Shown here: positions 9,051 to 17,774 of the stretch, in pieces
How positions within the stretch are numbered: the first letter of the stretch is position 1
How the letters are laid out: each line of letters opens with the position of its first letter
NCBI GenBank assembly: GCA_002708385.1
Contig: PANM01000038.1
Coordinates: forward strand, 1-39,520
Direction of reading: 5' to 3'
DNA from: Methanobacteriota archaeon
Lineage (GTDB): Archaea; Thermoplasmatota; Poseidoniia; Poseidoniales; Thalassarchaeaceae
DNA: 39,520 bases
Notes under the pieces: generated by a model
Told to the model about the DNA's origin: nothing
Database searches by the model: none
The model's input: the letters and a program-made list of their open reading frames with translations, nothing else
Translations under genes and position numbers: made by a program

Positions 9051-10151
9051 TCAGAAATCCCCTGCTAGAATGGTGTTGTTGTCGTGAAGAAGCCCGTCCG
9101 CTAACAACTGTTCCACAAGTAAAACTGAGTAACCAGCTGCACCACGAATTGTGTTATCCGCCATTGTTGAATATCTCAGACTTGAGCCTTCCACCTCTAC
9201 CTCACCTACTGCTACTGACATTGCCGCCTTCAGATCTTGCCCGGGGTGATCGGCGACCTCTACACCAATCCAACGATGATCATCATGCAATTCTCCATCA
9301 ACGAAGACAATCGGCCTACTGGGTGCCGATGGAAGGTTCAATTCCTGACCGCGTGCAGTAGACTTTTGCCAAGAATGAATAACTTGGTGTGCACTGATTG
9401 AATCTTCGAACTCAACTTCTATTCTAGCATAATGCCCATGGTCTCGAGTTACTCTTTTACATTTTGCGTCAATGTGGAAGTCCGAGGATAGAATCTTGGT
9501 TAATTCGTTTATGACAGATTCGGCCTCTCCAGGAATTTCACTGCTAATTACTTCCCCAGAATGGGCCTTCGCAAGTAATTTTCTTCCACCACCTGAAAGT
9601 GCTTGTTCAGTGGATATTCTGACTGAGGAAATACTAGAAATTTTCATCAGTGGAGCTAGTGTAATTGCTATGGGAGCAACTGTACAATTACTGCATGAAA
9701 TGAGTCTGCCATCAGCAGTATCAAATTGCTTTTCTAGTAATTTTAAATCCCTAAAATTTACTTCAGGAACAATCAAGGGAATATCTGGTGATAATCTATG
9801 GATCTGGGCGTGAGACACTACCAGAAAACCTGCAGCAGCCAAATTTCGCTCTACCCTTTCGGCCGGTTCATCGGGAAGTGCTGAGAAAATAATTCTAACA
9901 CCTAAACTTCTAAAATCCTCTATCAATAAAGGAAGTTCCTCCAATCCACCAATTGTTAGCCCTGATAGGGGAGGTCTTGCTTCGTCTAGGCTCCATAAGC
10001 AATCATCGTGAGAGGTTCCCGCGGTTTCTGGAGAGCCGACTACTGCCACCGGCTCGAGCCAAGGATGAAGCTGAAGCCTCTGAAAGAACCGTTGGGCAAC
10101 TATTCCTGTTGCGCCGAGAATAGCGCAGCGAACCTTCCCGTAGGAATCCAT
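9051..10151 (-). CDS. asd: Aspartate-semialdehyde dehydrogenase
   Basis: GATGIVAQRF Rossmann motif, PLIVPEVN, catalytic SNC, QALSG, HGH, DNTIRGAAG. Confidence 0.88.
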   Translation of the reverse strand: MDSYGKVRCAILGATGIVAQRFFQRLQLHPWLEPVAVVGSPETAGTSHDDCLWSLDEARPPLSGLTIGGLEELPLLIEDFRSLGVRIIFSALPDEPAERVERNLAAAGFLVVSHAQIHRLSPDIPLIVPEVNFRDLKLLEKQFDTADGRLISCSNCTVAPIAITLAPLMKISSISSVRISTEQALSGGGRKLLAKAHSGEVISSEIPGEAESVINELTKILSSDFHIDAKCKRVTRDHGHYARIEVEFEDSISAHQVIHSWQKSTARGQELNLPSAPSRPIVFVDGELHDDHRWIGVEVADHPGQDLKAAMSVAVGEVEVEGSSLRYSTMADNTIRGAAGYSVLLVEQLLADGLLHDNNTILAGDF

Positions 10152-10265
10152 TAGTCACGCCTATCGAACAGGCCCCCCTAAATAGTACTGTTTCGAATTC
10201 TTAGAGGAATAAATTAGGATATTTGCAATGATTGTTTAAATACCCTCGAGTTTTAGTTATATGAC

Positions 10266-11528
10266 ATGCTATTGGAAATCACGTATCTTGTCGGCGGACT
10301 TGTTTTGGGAGTCGTCATTGGATGGTTGTTATCCAAACAGAAAATGAATGCTGAATTTTTTGGAATGAAATCCGCTCTAGCACAGGCTGAAGCCTCTGTA
10401 AACGTGATGTCTGAAGAACATACTAAATCGATGGAATTACTTAGAGCCGAGATGAGGAATTTTGCCACCGAGGCAAATGAAAAAGCATCCGTAAATCTTC
10501 TACAACTTGCCGGTGAAAGGTTTGATGCGCAAAAAATTGAGACCGAAAAGGAGCATGATGCTCGGCGAAAGGAGGTTTCAGACTTAGTGACTCCAATCAA
10601 GGAAAGCCTAGAGAAACTGCAAGTATCAACAGATAAGATGGAGAAAGAACGCGAGGGTGCTTATCAGGGATTGAAGCGGACCGTAGAAGGACTAAGCAGA
10701 CAAACTACTGATTTGCGAGATACCAACGTCAAACTCTCAACTGCACTAAGAGGCTCTAGCAAATCTAGAGGAGACTGGGGGCAAATTTCACTCAGAAATG
10801 TTGCAGAGTCGGCTGGAATGACTGAACATTGTGATTTTGATGTTGAGGTCACTTTAGCTTCTGGCGCAGGCGGTGGTCGAGTTGATATGGTCGCTAAAAT
10901 TCCAGATGGCGGAAACATTCCGATTGACGCTAAGGTGCCTTTAGCAGCATATTGGGATGGCCTCGACCTCGAAGACCCCGATGCAAGGAAAAAGAAAATG
11001 CAGGAGCATGCAAAATCTCTGAAAGTTCACATCGACGCTCTTGTAAAGAGAGATTACCCTAGTTTAATGGGTGGTTCTGATTTCACAGTCATGTACATTC
11101 CCGCACCCCCAATACTAGCAGCAGCATTCGAAATCGACCCTACTCTGCAAGAATATGCTTTCAGGAAAAATATCCTAATTACAACTCCTGTAGAATTACT
11201 CGGATTGTTACGAACAGTTAGCGTATATTGGCAACAACAATCGATGGCTGAGAATGCGCAAGAAATTCAGCAGGCTGCTCGAGAATTATACGAGCGCTCG
11301 GCGAAATTCGGGGAAGACTTAGCAAAGATTGGACGCGGGCTAAATACCGCAACCAATGCCTACAATTCAGCCGTTGGCTCATACGATCGACGAGTTATTC
11401 CTGCCGGCCGTCGACTTGAAACTCTCCGAGTTGCCGACAACACTGCAAGAAAACTGGAGGCTATTGAGACAGTTGATGGGGCTGCTCGAATTCCAGAGAA
11501 CACAGGTGGCATAGAAGAGGAGGAATGA
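10266..11528 (+). CDS. rmuC: DNA recombination protein RmuC
   Basis: N-terminal TM helix, coiled coil, RGDWGQ, nuclease-like RVD...IDAKVPL, DFTVMYIP, YWQQ. Confidence 0.9.
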   Translation: MLLEITYLVGGLVLGVVIGWLLSKQKMNAEFFGMKSALAQAEASVNVMSEEHTKSMELLRAEMRNFATEANEKASVNLLQLAGERFDAQKIETEKEHDARRKEVSDLVTPIKESLEKLQVSTDKMEKEREGAYQGLKRTVEGLSRQTTDLRDTNVKLSTALRGSSKSRGDWGQISLRNVAESAGMTEHCDFDVEVTLASGAGGGRVDMVAKIPDGGNIPIDAKVPLAAYWDGLDLEDPDARKKKMQEHAKSLKVHIDALVKRDYPSLMGGSDFTVMYIPAPPILAAAFEIDPTLQEYAFRKNILITTPVELLGLLRTVSVYWQQQSMAENAQEIQQAARELYERSAKFGEDLAKIGRGLNTATNAYNSAVGSYDRRVIPAGRRLETLRVADNTARKLEAIETVDGAARIPENTGGIEEEE

Positions 11529-11553
11529 TGTCCTAGGTCTGCACCGGCAGACC

Positions 11554-12135
11554 ATGATTGACTGGGGCTCTCACGATTTCCATCCAGTTGTCGAAATGCC
11601 AGAAGATTACACTGTCCTCGATTTATCGGGAGGAACTTGGACCCCTCCTAAAACCGATTATAGTGTTGGGAAGTACGATGAATTGAGGCCTGGATTATAT
11701 TCGACTGAACTATTTTCAGGAGAACGCTTTCTACACATTGGGATAGATATTGGAGCACCAGCCGGAACTCCTTGTATGGCATTCGCAGAGGGTGAGATTT
11801 CTCATTTTGGATACAATGCAGCCGACGGAGACTATGGTCACGTCGTGGTTACTAAACATATTCTAGACGGAATTCCAATCTGGGCTCTTTACGGCCACCT
11901 TGATTCTGCTTCAATAGAAGGAAAATCAGTAGGCCAGAAAGTGAATGCTGGTGATGTAATTTGCTGGATGGGAGCCCCTCATGAAAATGGTGGTTGGGAG
12001 CCTCACCTACACTTTCAATTGTCATATCAAGAGCCAGAAACCCATGATATGCCAGGAGTTGTAGCGCCTGGTGATCGAGAAGAGGCTTTGCAAATTTACC
12101 CCGACCCCAGATTGATTCTAGGTGACCTCTACTAA
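11554..12135 (+). CDS. M23 family metallo-endopeptidase
   Basis: Zn motifs HIGID (HxxxD) and HLHFQ (HxH), YGH, LYGHL; no signal peptide. Confidence 0.85.
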   Translation: MIDWGSHDFHPVVEMPEDYTVLDLSGGTWTPPKTDYSVGKYDELRPGLYSTELFSGERFLHIGIDIGAPAGTPCMAFAEGEISHFGYNAADGDYGHVVVTKHILDGIPIWALYGHLDSASIEGKSVGQKVNAGDVICWMGAPHENGGWEPHLHFQLSYQEPETHDMPGVVAPGDREEALQIYPDPRLILGDLY

Positions 12136-13169
12136 ACTGTGGAAAGATATGTTTTGAGGCCATCAATTGCAGTCATTTCAGATGGGTCAATACCATTCAT
12201 AACTGCCAATGCGATACTTACCCAATCAGTTATGTGTGCTGCAAAAAGAAGACTCTCAAGCAGGCTTTCACCCTCGCAATCAAGTAACCAAGAATCACCT
12301 GGTTGCAGATTTTCCATCATCCATTTCAGTCGCGCGCGTACGCGTGCGTGAGTATGTGGGCTTGCGAGGTATAGCAAGGCTTGAGATGATGAGTTTCTAT
12401 TCCAAGCCACTATCTCATTGTGATTCATTTCAGGTAATTCGACAGGACGGGAAAACATCTCCGAATTCTCATTAATCTGATTGGTAAATCGAATACCAAC
12501 TGAAGACATTTCACTCGCCGAAACGATCGCGATTTCTTTGTCTGAGAATTTTGATGCCATACTAGATACTCTACCATCGCCACCGAGTAAATCTGCAGAT
12601 TCAGAAATTTTCGCAAGGCGGCCAATCATTTGGTTAATTCGTTCATCGGAAGGTCTCGGAAGAATACCTAGAGCCCAACAAATCGATAGTTGGCTGCCAA
12701 AAATATGTCCGAATGCTGATCTTGGCATTTGCCCACTTGGAACCGTTATACAAATCGATTCTTCACTTTCAGAAAGCATCTCTTCTAGATTACCACCTGA
12801 GCAAATGCCTATCACAACCCCTCCTTCTTCCAGAGCTTTACTGACACCATCCAAAGTCTCCTCTGTATTGCCTGAGTATGAGGTCGCTAAAACTAGCCAA
12901 TCGGGTCCCCACCAAGACGGTAGACCGTAGTTATTCCAAACTACAAATGGCAGACCTCCTGAATCATCGGCTAAGGCGGACAGAAACATGCCTCCTGCCC
13001 CAGAGCCGCCCATTCCTAGGCAGACGACTCCACTCCAATCCATGTCTGCTTCGATTTCTATCTCGGCAGATATTGCTGCATTTAGGTCATCGACAAATTT
13101 TCTGGTAAATCCGGCCATATCCGATTTATCGTATTCGGCAAGAAGTGATTCAAAATCCAAGATACTCAC
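12132..13169 (-). CDS. Bifunctional phosphoglucose/phosphomannose isomerase (SIS fold)
   Basis: GMGGSG, SYSGNTEET, PRSA, NENS, PEMNHNEI motifs; GTG start overlaps the nmd3 stop. Confidence 0.88.
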   Translation of the reverse strand: MSILDFESLLAEYDKSDMAGFTRKFVDDLNAAISAEIEIEADMDWSGVVCLGMGGSGAGGMFLSALADDSGGLPFVVWNNYGLPSWWGPDWLVLATSYSGNTEETLDGVSKALEEGGVVIGICSGGNLEEMLSESEESICITVPSGQMPRSAFGHIFGSQLSICWALGILPRPSDERINQMIGRLAKISESADLLGGDGRVSSMASKFSDKEIAIVSASEMSSVGIRFTNQINENSEMFSRPVELPEMNHNEIVAWNRNSSSQALLYLASPHTHARVRARLKWMMENLQPGDSWLLDCEGESLLESLLFAAHITDWVSIALAVMNGIDPSEMTAIDGLKTYLSTV

Positions 13170-14218
13170 CCCTCTCCCCTATGTCCTGGTAAAGCCAACC
13201 ATGAGTCGTCTATGAAAGCAATTCGTAGATTTGACAAGGACGAATCATAATCGTACGGTAAAGCGACTGTCACAACTCGGTAGTCATTGGGGTCCATGAC
13301 TTCAGCTCCTGAACTATCTCTGTTCAGAATATCGACGATGAATTGGTCGTCGGATATGCTAACTACAGTAGCCTTCTCCATATCTCTCCAAGTCACCCCT
13401 GTTCGTTCATTTCGATCCAATCTTCTGATTTTTGGACCATCCTTCTGCCAAGCTGAAACTAACCAGTATTCCCTTTTTAGACGGATTACATCTCCGAGTC
13501 CATAAGCCGGTTTTCTGTAGGAAAGAGTCAGTCTTGTCACTTCAGAACCCTCTCTCATACCAACCAAAGTTGAGGTCTCTTTTGTCGTCCCTCCAAACCT
13601 TCGAACAAGCTTTCGAGCCCAAGTTCTTGCAAGGGCTTTCGACCCGAGTTGCAGATCCCAACCTCCTGTGACTGGACCTTCTTTAGTTACGAAAAACATT
13701 GGGTCTGATTCTAATTCATCGAGTAACTCGTCCAAGGTTCCTCTAAGATCCTTTAATTCCTCCTCAGATAATCTACGCCCTGCACTCCTTAGTTGCATTG
13801 TTGCCTCAAAATACGCACCTGCTTTTCTCGTGCATGAAGGACAAACTGCGTTACTTGTTTGCAATAGTACTTCATGCTGATCTTCAAATTTGTATCCTTC
13901 TAATTCACCTTGAACATTAACGTGAAGCCTTGCAGCCCTCTCATCTATCGGCTGATATGCCATATCAACTGTTACTGCTGTGGCTCCTTCTGTAACTCCA
14001 AGGTTTTCTCGGAGCCGTAATTCACCCAATTCTTCGTCTTCAATTCTTACCCATCGCTTCTCTACTTCGTGCATTCCACACTTTGCACAGCGATGTTGTT
14101 GAATTCGCTCCGATACCTGAGAAAAAACAGTTCTTGCCCTAAGACAATTTTCGCAAAGCCGTTCAGATGTTAGAGGCGGGGGGGAGCCACAAGCGATGCA
14201 AAACGCTGCGCCATCCAT
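13166..14218 (-). CDS. nmd3: NMD3 family ribosome biogenesis protein
   Basis: Four CxxC pairs (CIAC, CENC, CAKC, CPSC), YFEATMQLR, GGWDL, C-terminal eIF5A-like region. Confidence 0.88.
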   Translation of the reverse strand: MDGAAFCIACGSPPPLTSERLCENCLRARTVFSQVSERIQQHRCAKCGMHEVEKRWVRIEDEELGELRLRENLGVTEGATAVTVDMAYQPIDERAARLHVNVQGELEGYKFEDQHEVLLQTSNAVCPSCTRKAGAYFEATMQLRSAGRRLSEEELKDLRGTLDELLDELESDPMFFVTKEGPVTGGWDLQLGSKALARTWARKLVRRFGGTTKETSTLVGMREGSEVTRLTLSYRKPAYGLGDVIRLKREYWLVSAWQKDGPKIRRLDRNERTGVTWRDMEKATVVSISDDQFIVDILNRDSSGAEVMDPNDYRVVTVALPYDYDSSLSNLRIAFIDDSWLALPGHRGEG

Positions 14219-14289
14219 GTTGTTCCCTCTTTATCCGGCAAGCCCACCCCGTTTGAATGGTTGGTGAGCCAGTCGAAGGCTAATTTCGA

Positions 14290-14442
14290 TTATTCTTCCT
14301 CATTCGTCTTTGATTGCTTATCGGAAAGAGAATCTAATTCTGTCTCTAAATTAGAAATTGATGTGAACAACTCGCGACTAAACCAAATTACTAGGCCAAG
14401 CATAATTGCATAGGCTATGTAGGCTTCAGCGATTCCGCTCAA
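14290..14442 (-). CDS. CcmD-like small membrane protein (50 aa; not in ORF track)
   Basis: My translation: MSGIAEAYIAYAIMLGLVIWFSRELFTSISNLETELDSLSDKQSKTNEEE. TTG start overlaps the ccmC stop (TTGA), GGAGG upstream; one TM with YxAY plus a charged helix; lies directly after ccmC. Confidence 0.7.
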   Translation of the reverse strand: MSGIAEAYIAYAIMLGLVIWFSRELFTSISNLETELDSLSDKQSKTNEEE

Positions 14443-15164
14443 GATATCGCCTCCTGGTCTAGCTCATTCTTTCTATCAGAAACCTCAGCAGCAAGGCGAT
14501 ATCGCTTGTTAGAAAGCAATAGTAAACCCGCAAATAAAATACACATCAGTCCAAAACTGATCAATAAGAATGAGCGTACATCTGGGCTCATACCTACTGA
14601 TTCAGTTGACTCGATAACTAAAACCTCAGGATGTGTTGTTTCCCACCAAGTGGTTGCACCAGCAGTAATCGGAACCAAGGCGAACCCGAATAATCCGATT
14701 GCTGAAAGAGTGTCTCGATTTTGTTGTGTATCGGGTTGGGATTGACGAGAATATAGTAGGAACAGGGCAACCGCAGTTAGTAAGGCAAAGGAATTCAACC
14801 TCATATCACCCCAATCCCAAGGCCGATTCCATTCTGCAGAAGCCCAAATTGGGCCTGATGTAATTACTCCCAATCCGAATATTACACCAAGGTCTGACCC
14901 ACTCTGAAAGTAAACCCAAGCATCCTCACTGCGCTTGAGATACCACATCAATGAGCCATAAAAAAGAACACTGAAAGATAAGAATGAACACCAAGCGAAT
15001 GGCACGTGAAGATAGAGAATTCTGTATGCTTCTGGAGCCCCCCAACAGCCACCTTCAGTACATGGTTTCAAGCCCGGAGCAAACTCTAATCCAAGTACTG
15101 AAACAAATACAATACCTGCAAGCCCCACATATGTCAAAGCATAACCGGAATCACGAAAATTCAT
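14439..15164 (-). CDS. ccmC: Heme chaperone CcmC (cytochrome c maturation system I)
   Basis: YLHVP (first His ligand), Trp-rich WWD motif GPIWASAEWNRPWDWGDMRL, THP (second His), six TM helices. Start ATG 15164 with GGTGA RBS preferred over TTG 15179. Confidence 0.88.
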   Translation of the reverse strand: MNFRDSGYALTYVGLAGIVFVSVLGLEFAPGLKPCTEGGCWGAPEAYRILYLHVPFAWCSFLSFSVLFYGSLMWYLKRSEDAWVYFQSGSDLGVIFGLGVITSGPIWASAEWNRPWDWGDMRLNSFALLTAVALFLLYSRQSQPDTQQNRDTLSAIGLFGFALVPITAGATTWWETTHPEVLVIESTESVGMSPDVRSFLLISFGLMCILFAGLLLLSNKRYRLAAEVSDRKNELDQEAIS

Positions 15165-15175
15165 TTTCTCACCAT

Positions 15176-16579
15176 TCAATCTTCAGGGATTATGACTGCC
15201 ATTGCCCACAAAAATAACACTGTTAACCATGCTATGGCTATGTCTGCAAATGGTTCACCTAGAGCCAATTTAAAACTCATACCATTACTCATTATCGAAG
15301 TCAGAGCACTAGTCATTTGCAGGAACGGCCAGATTAAGACTAGTTGCAATAAACTTCCCGCTACCGCGCCAGATCTAGTAAGATCGGATACCATCAGATG
15401 CAAAGCCGAAGCGGCCACACTCAAGTCGATGAGTACGAATGCGAATAGCCACAGCCAGAGTAAAACATCAGAATTCATCGTTGAATTGATATCGCCCGCA
15501 ATAACATACCAAGAAATATAAATTATCGGTAATGGTAGAACCAGAGAGACACCCATTATGGAAAACCAACCTCTTGAGCGGGCACCGGTCATAGCCCGCC
15601 ACCAATCGCCCGCTCTCTCTTCAGAGAGTCGTTTGACAATGGCGGGAGTTACGATAGCTGTGATGAAGGCTGGAGTCAGAGTTAGGGCGGCCAATAAATC
15701 GTAATTTTCAGTACTTCGGATGATATCAGTAGACAGTGTATAGGCTAGCAATAAGGCGACCAGTGCTGGAACTCCACGTCCAATAGTATCAATTGGATTA
15801 CGTCTCTCTAGCCTCGAAGCCCAAGCAGCTAATTCTGTGTGCGATTCAGCGGAGCAGGGCTCTGGGAGATTGGCATGTTCTAAGTTCGATTGCTGTATTT
15901 TGCTTGTCAATTCTGATGACTCACCTATAGTGACAATTCTGTCGCAAGCGGTAATGACTTCAGGGTCGTGAGTCGCAACTAGAATTCCATGACCACGCTC
16001 TGCTAGTGCTCTTAACCACCCTAACAACAATTCTCTGGATGATTGGTCGAGCCCCTCCGATGGCTCATCGAGAATGACGACTGATGGTTCAGAATTCAGA
16101 GCAACTGGAACAAGGGCGGATAGAACCGTAACTCTTCTCCGCAGACCCCCGGAGAGTTTGCAAATTCTATCCTCTGCTCGATGCACAAGACCCCATTCTG
16201 AGAGGATTTGGCGCAATGCTTGTGAATTATCTGCTCGTCCTGCGACGCGACAAGCACCACGAATTCTTTCGAACACTGTTTCGTCACCAGACATTCCTTC
16301 AGTTTGCAAACATAGTCCGAAACCAGAGATATCTCCTCTCTGACCTTCAGAGTCTCTGATGGTAGTTTCGATGCCCCTGTCATTTCTGAGTACTTGGCCC
16401 TGAGACATAGGGTGCAATCCTGCAAGAGATTCTAACAAAGTGGACTTACCTGATCCGTTTACTCCTAGCAAACCAACGACTTCCCCCCCTGAGAGTGAAA
16501 AGTCAACACCTCGAAGCACCTTACGGGTGCCTCTGTCCACAACCAACCCACGGGCTGAGAGCAAAGTTCGCGTACTCAC
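15176..16579 (-). CDS. Fused ABC ATPase + permease (CcmA-CcmB-like heme export/release protein)
   Basis: Walker A GVNGSGKST, LSGG, ILDEP, ATH, then ~6 TM helices; directly upstream of ccmC. Start at GTG 16579 or ATG 16618. Confidence 0.75.
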   Translation of the reverse strand: MSTRTLLSARGLVVDRGTRKVLRGVDFSLSGGEVVGLLGVNGSGKSTLLESLAGLHPMSQGQVLRNDRGIETTIRDSEGQRGDISGFGLCLQTEGMSGDETVFERIRGACRVAGRADNSQALRQILSEWGLVHRAEDRICKLSGGLRRRVTVLSALVPVALNSEPSVVILDEPSEGLDQSSRELLLGWLRALAERGHGILVATHDPEVITACDRIVTIGESSELTSKIQQSNLEHANLPEPCSAESHTELAAWASRLERRNPIDTIGRGVPALVALLLAYTLSTDIIRSTENYDLLAALTLTPAFITAIVTPAIVKRLSEERAGDWWRAMTGARSRGWFSIMGVSLVLPLPIIYISWYVIAGDINSTMNSDVLLWLWLFAFVLIDLSVAASALHLMVSDLTRSGAVAGSLLQLVLIWPFLQMTSALTSIMSNGMSFKLALGEPFADIAIAWLTVLFLWAMAVIIPED

Positions 16580-16726
16580 GATATCCCCCACTAGCAGCCT
16601 GCGTTTGAGTAGTTCCATCGAAGTCCCTATGCATATAGAGCCTCTGTCGAGGCCTGAGGGAGAGGACTGGCTACTGCTGACTATGAGCTTGTTTGGTCTG
16701 ATCTAACCGGTTCTGATTGGGCCGCA

Positions 16727-17704
16727 TTGGGGCTGTTTCTAGTAATCGCCATAACTCCATATATCGTGGCTTGGAAACAAGAAACCAGTATAGCCCTAGC
16801 CACAGTTTTATCATTATTATCAGTAACCTTCTATCAAATGATTATCGACATGGGTTTCCTTGATTTCACACCTATTGCCTTCCTTTCAATTATCCCGAAG
16901 ATTGCAGATCATCCCGACCAAATCCATCGCTTCATTACATCCGCTTGGCTTCATGCAAATTGGATACACGTTCTTGGAAATATATTGGTGATTGCTTTAG
17001 CAGGTGTTCCTCTGGAGCAAAGAATGGGGAAACTACGCTGGATATTGGTGTACTTCCTTGGCCTAATTGGGGGCAACCTAGCATGGGTGTTAACCCATCC
17101 TGATTCAATAAGCCCTGCACTTGGTGCGAGTGGGGCCGCTTTCGGCATTCTTGGTGCTTACATGGCATGCTGGCCAAACGATAGAATCGAATTCCCACTA
17201 CTGTTTTTCATTCGTGCCTGGCCGGTTTGGGGAATTGTAGCTTTCAGACTAGGTATTGAAGTCTGGAATATGTATCAAATCGAAGCGGGTCAATCAGTAA
17301 CAAATGTAGCGCACATGGCCCATCTCGGAGGCTTCATGCTAGCTTGGATTTTAGCAAGGCCAATCGCAAGAGGTGCTCCATCCGAATTGGATGATTCTAG
17401 TGATATTTCCATTGCTGGTTCGGCTGCCTCCAAGGCGGCAAGAGATGCGGCCACTGCGAAGATGGGGAGTCTCGAATCGGACCCTTGGTCGGAAGCGAGG
17501 GTTGGCTTGAAAGAGGAGGCCGCTAGAATACTAAAGAGACTTAGAGATGAGGGAGACGAACTTGAAACTCGAAGAGCATGGTTAGAGGAACTTGCAGAAC
17601 AGGTAATCTGCCCTGTTTGTGATGGAGAGGTTCATGCTGTAATTTCCGGACAGAATTGTACCCTAAAATGCTCCCATTCGAAAAATCACATTAACTGGCC
17701 ATGA
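16727..17704 (+). CDS. Rhomboid intramembrane serine protease with C-terminal Zn-ribbon-like tail
   Basis: HRFITSAWLHANWIHVLGN, catalytic GASG and AHMAHLGG; tail CPVC...C-x2-C/H. The frame is open upstream to CTG 16667. Confidence 0.9.
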   Translation: MGLFLVIAITPYIVAWKQETSIALATVLSLLSVTFYQMIIDMGFLDFTPIAFLSIIPKIADHPDQIHRFITSAWLHANWIHVLGNILVIALAGVPLEQRMGKLRWILVYFLGLIGGNLAWVLTHPDSISPALGASGAAFGILGAYMACWPNDRIEFPLLFFIRAWPVWGIVAFRLGIEVWNMYQIEAGQSVTNVAHMAHLGGFMLAWILARPIARGAPSELDDSSDISIAGSAASKAARDAATAKMGSLESDPWSEARVGLKEEAARILKRLRDEGDELETRRAWLEELAEQVICPVCDGEVHAVISGQNCTLKCSHSKNHINWP

Positions 17705-17754
17705 GGGCGCATAAGTTGCACCTTTACGGGTTCGTCTTATACCCCGAGTATTGC

Positions 17755-17774
17755 TGGCTCTACTTGTAGAGCCA
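17755..17774. repeat. Perfect 9-bp inverted repeat ending on the A of the S8 protease start codon
   Basis: TGGCTCTAC-TT-GTAGAGCCA. Confidence 0.75.

Noticed and set aside
10266-11528. rmuC as a marker of a mobile or defence island
   Set aside because: No integrase, transposase, att sites or obvious compositional shift; flanked by housekeeping genes.
12331-12350. CG-rich run containing the palindrome CGCGTACGCG
   Set aside because: Inside the isomerase CDS (HARVRAR); no evidence of a separate function.
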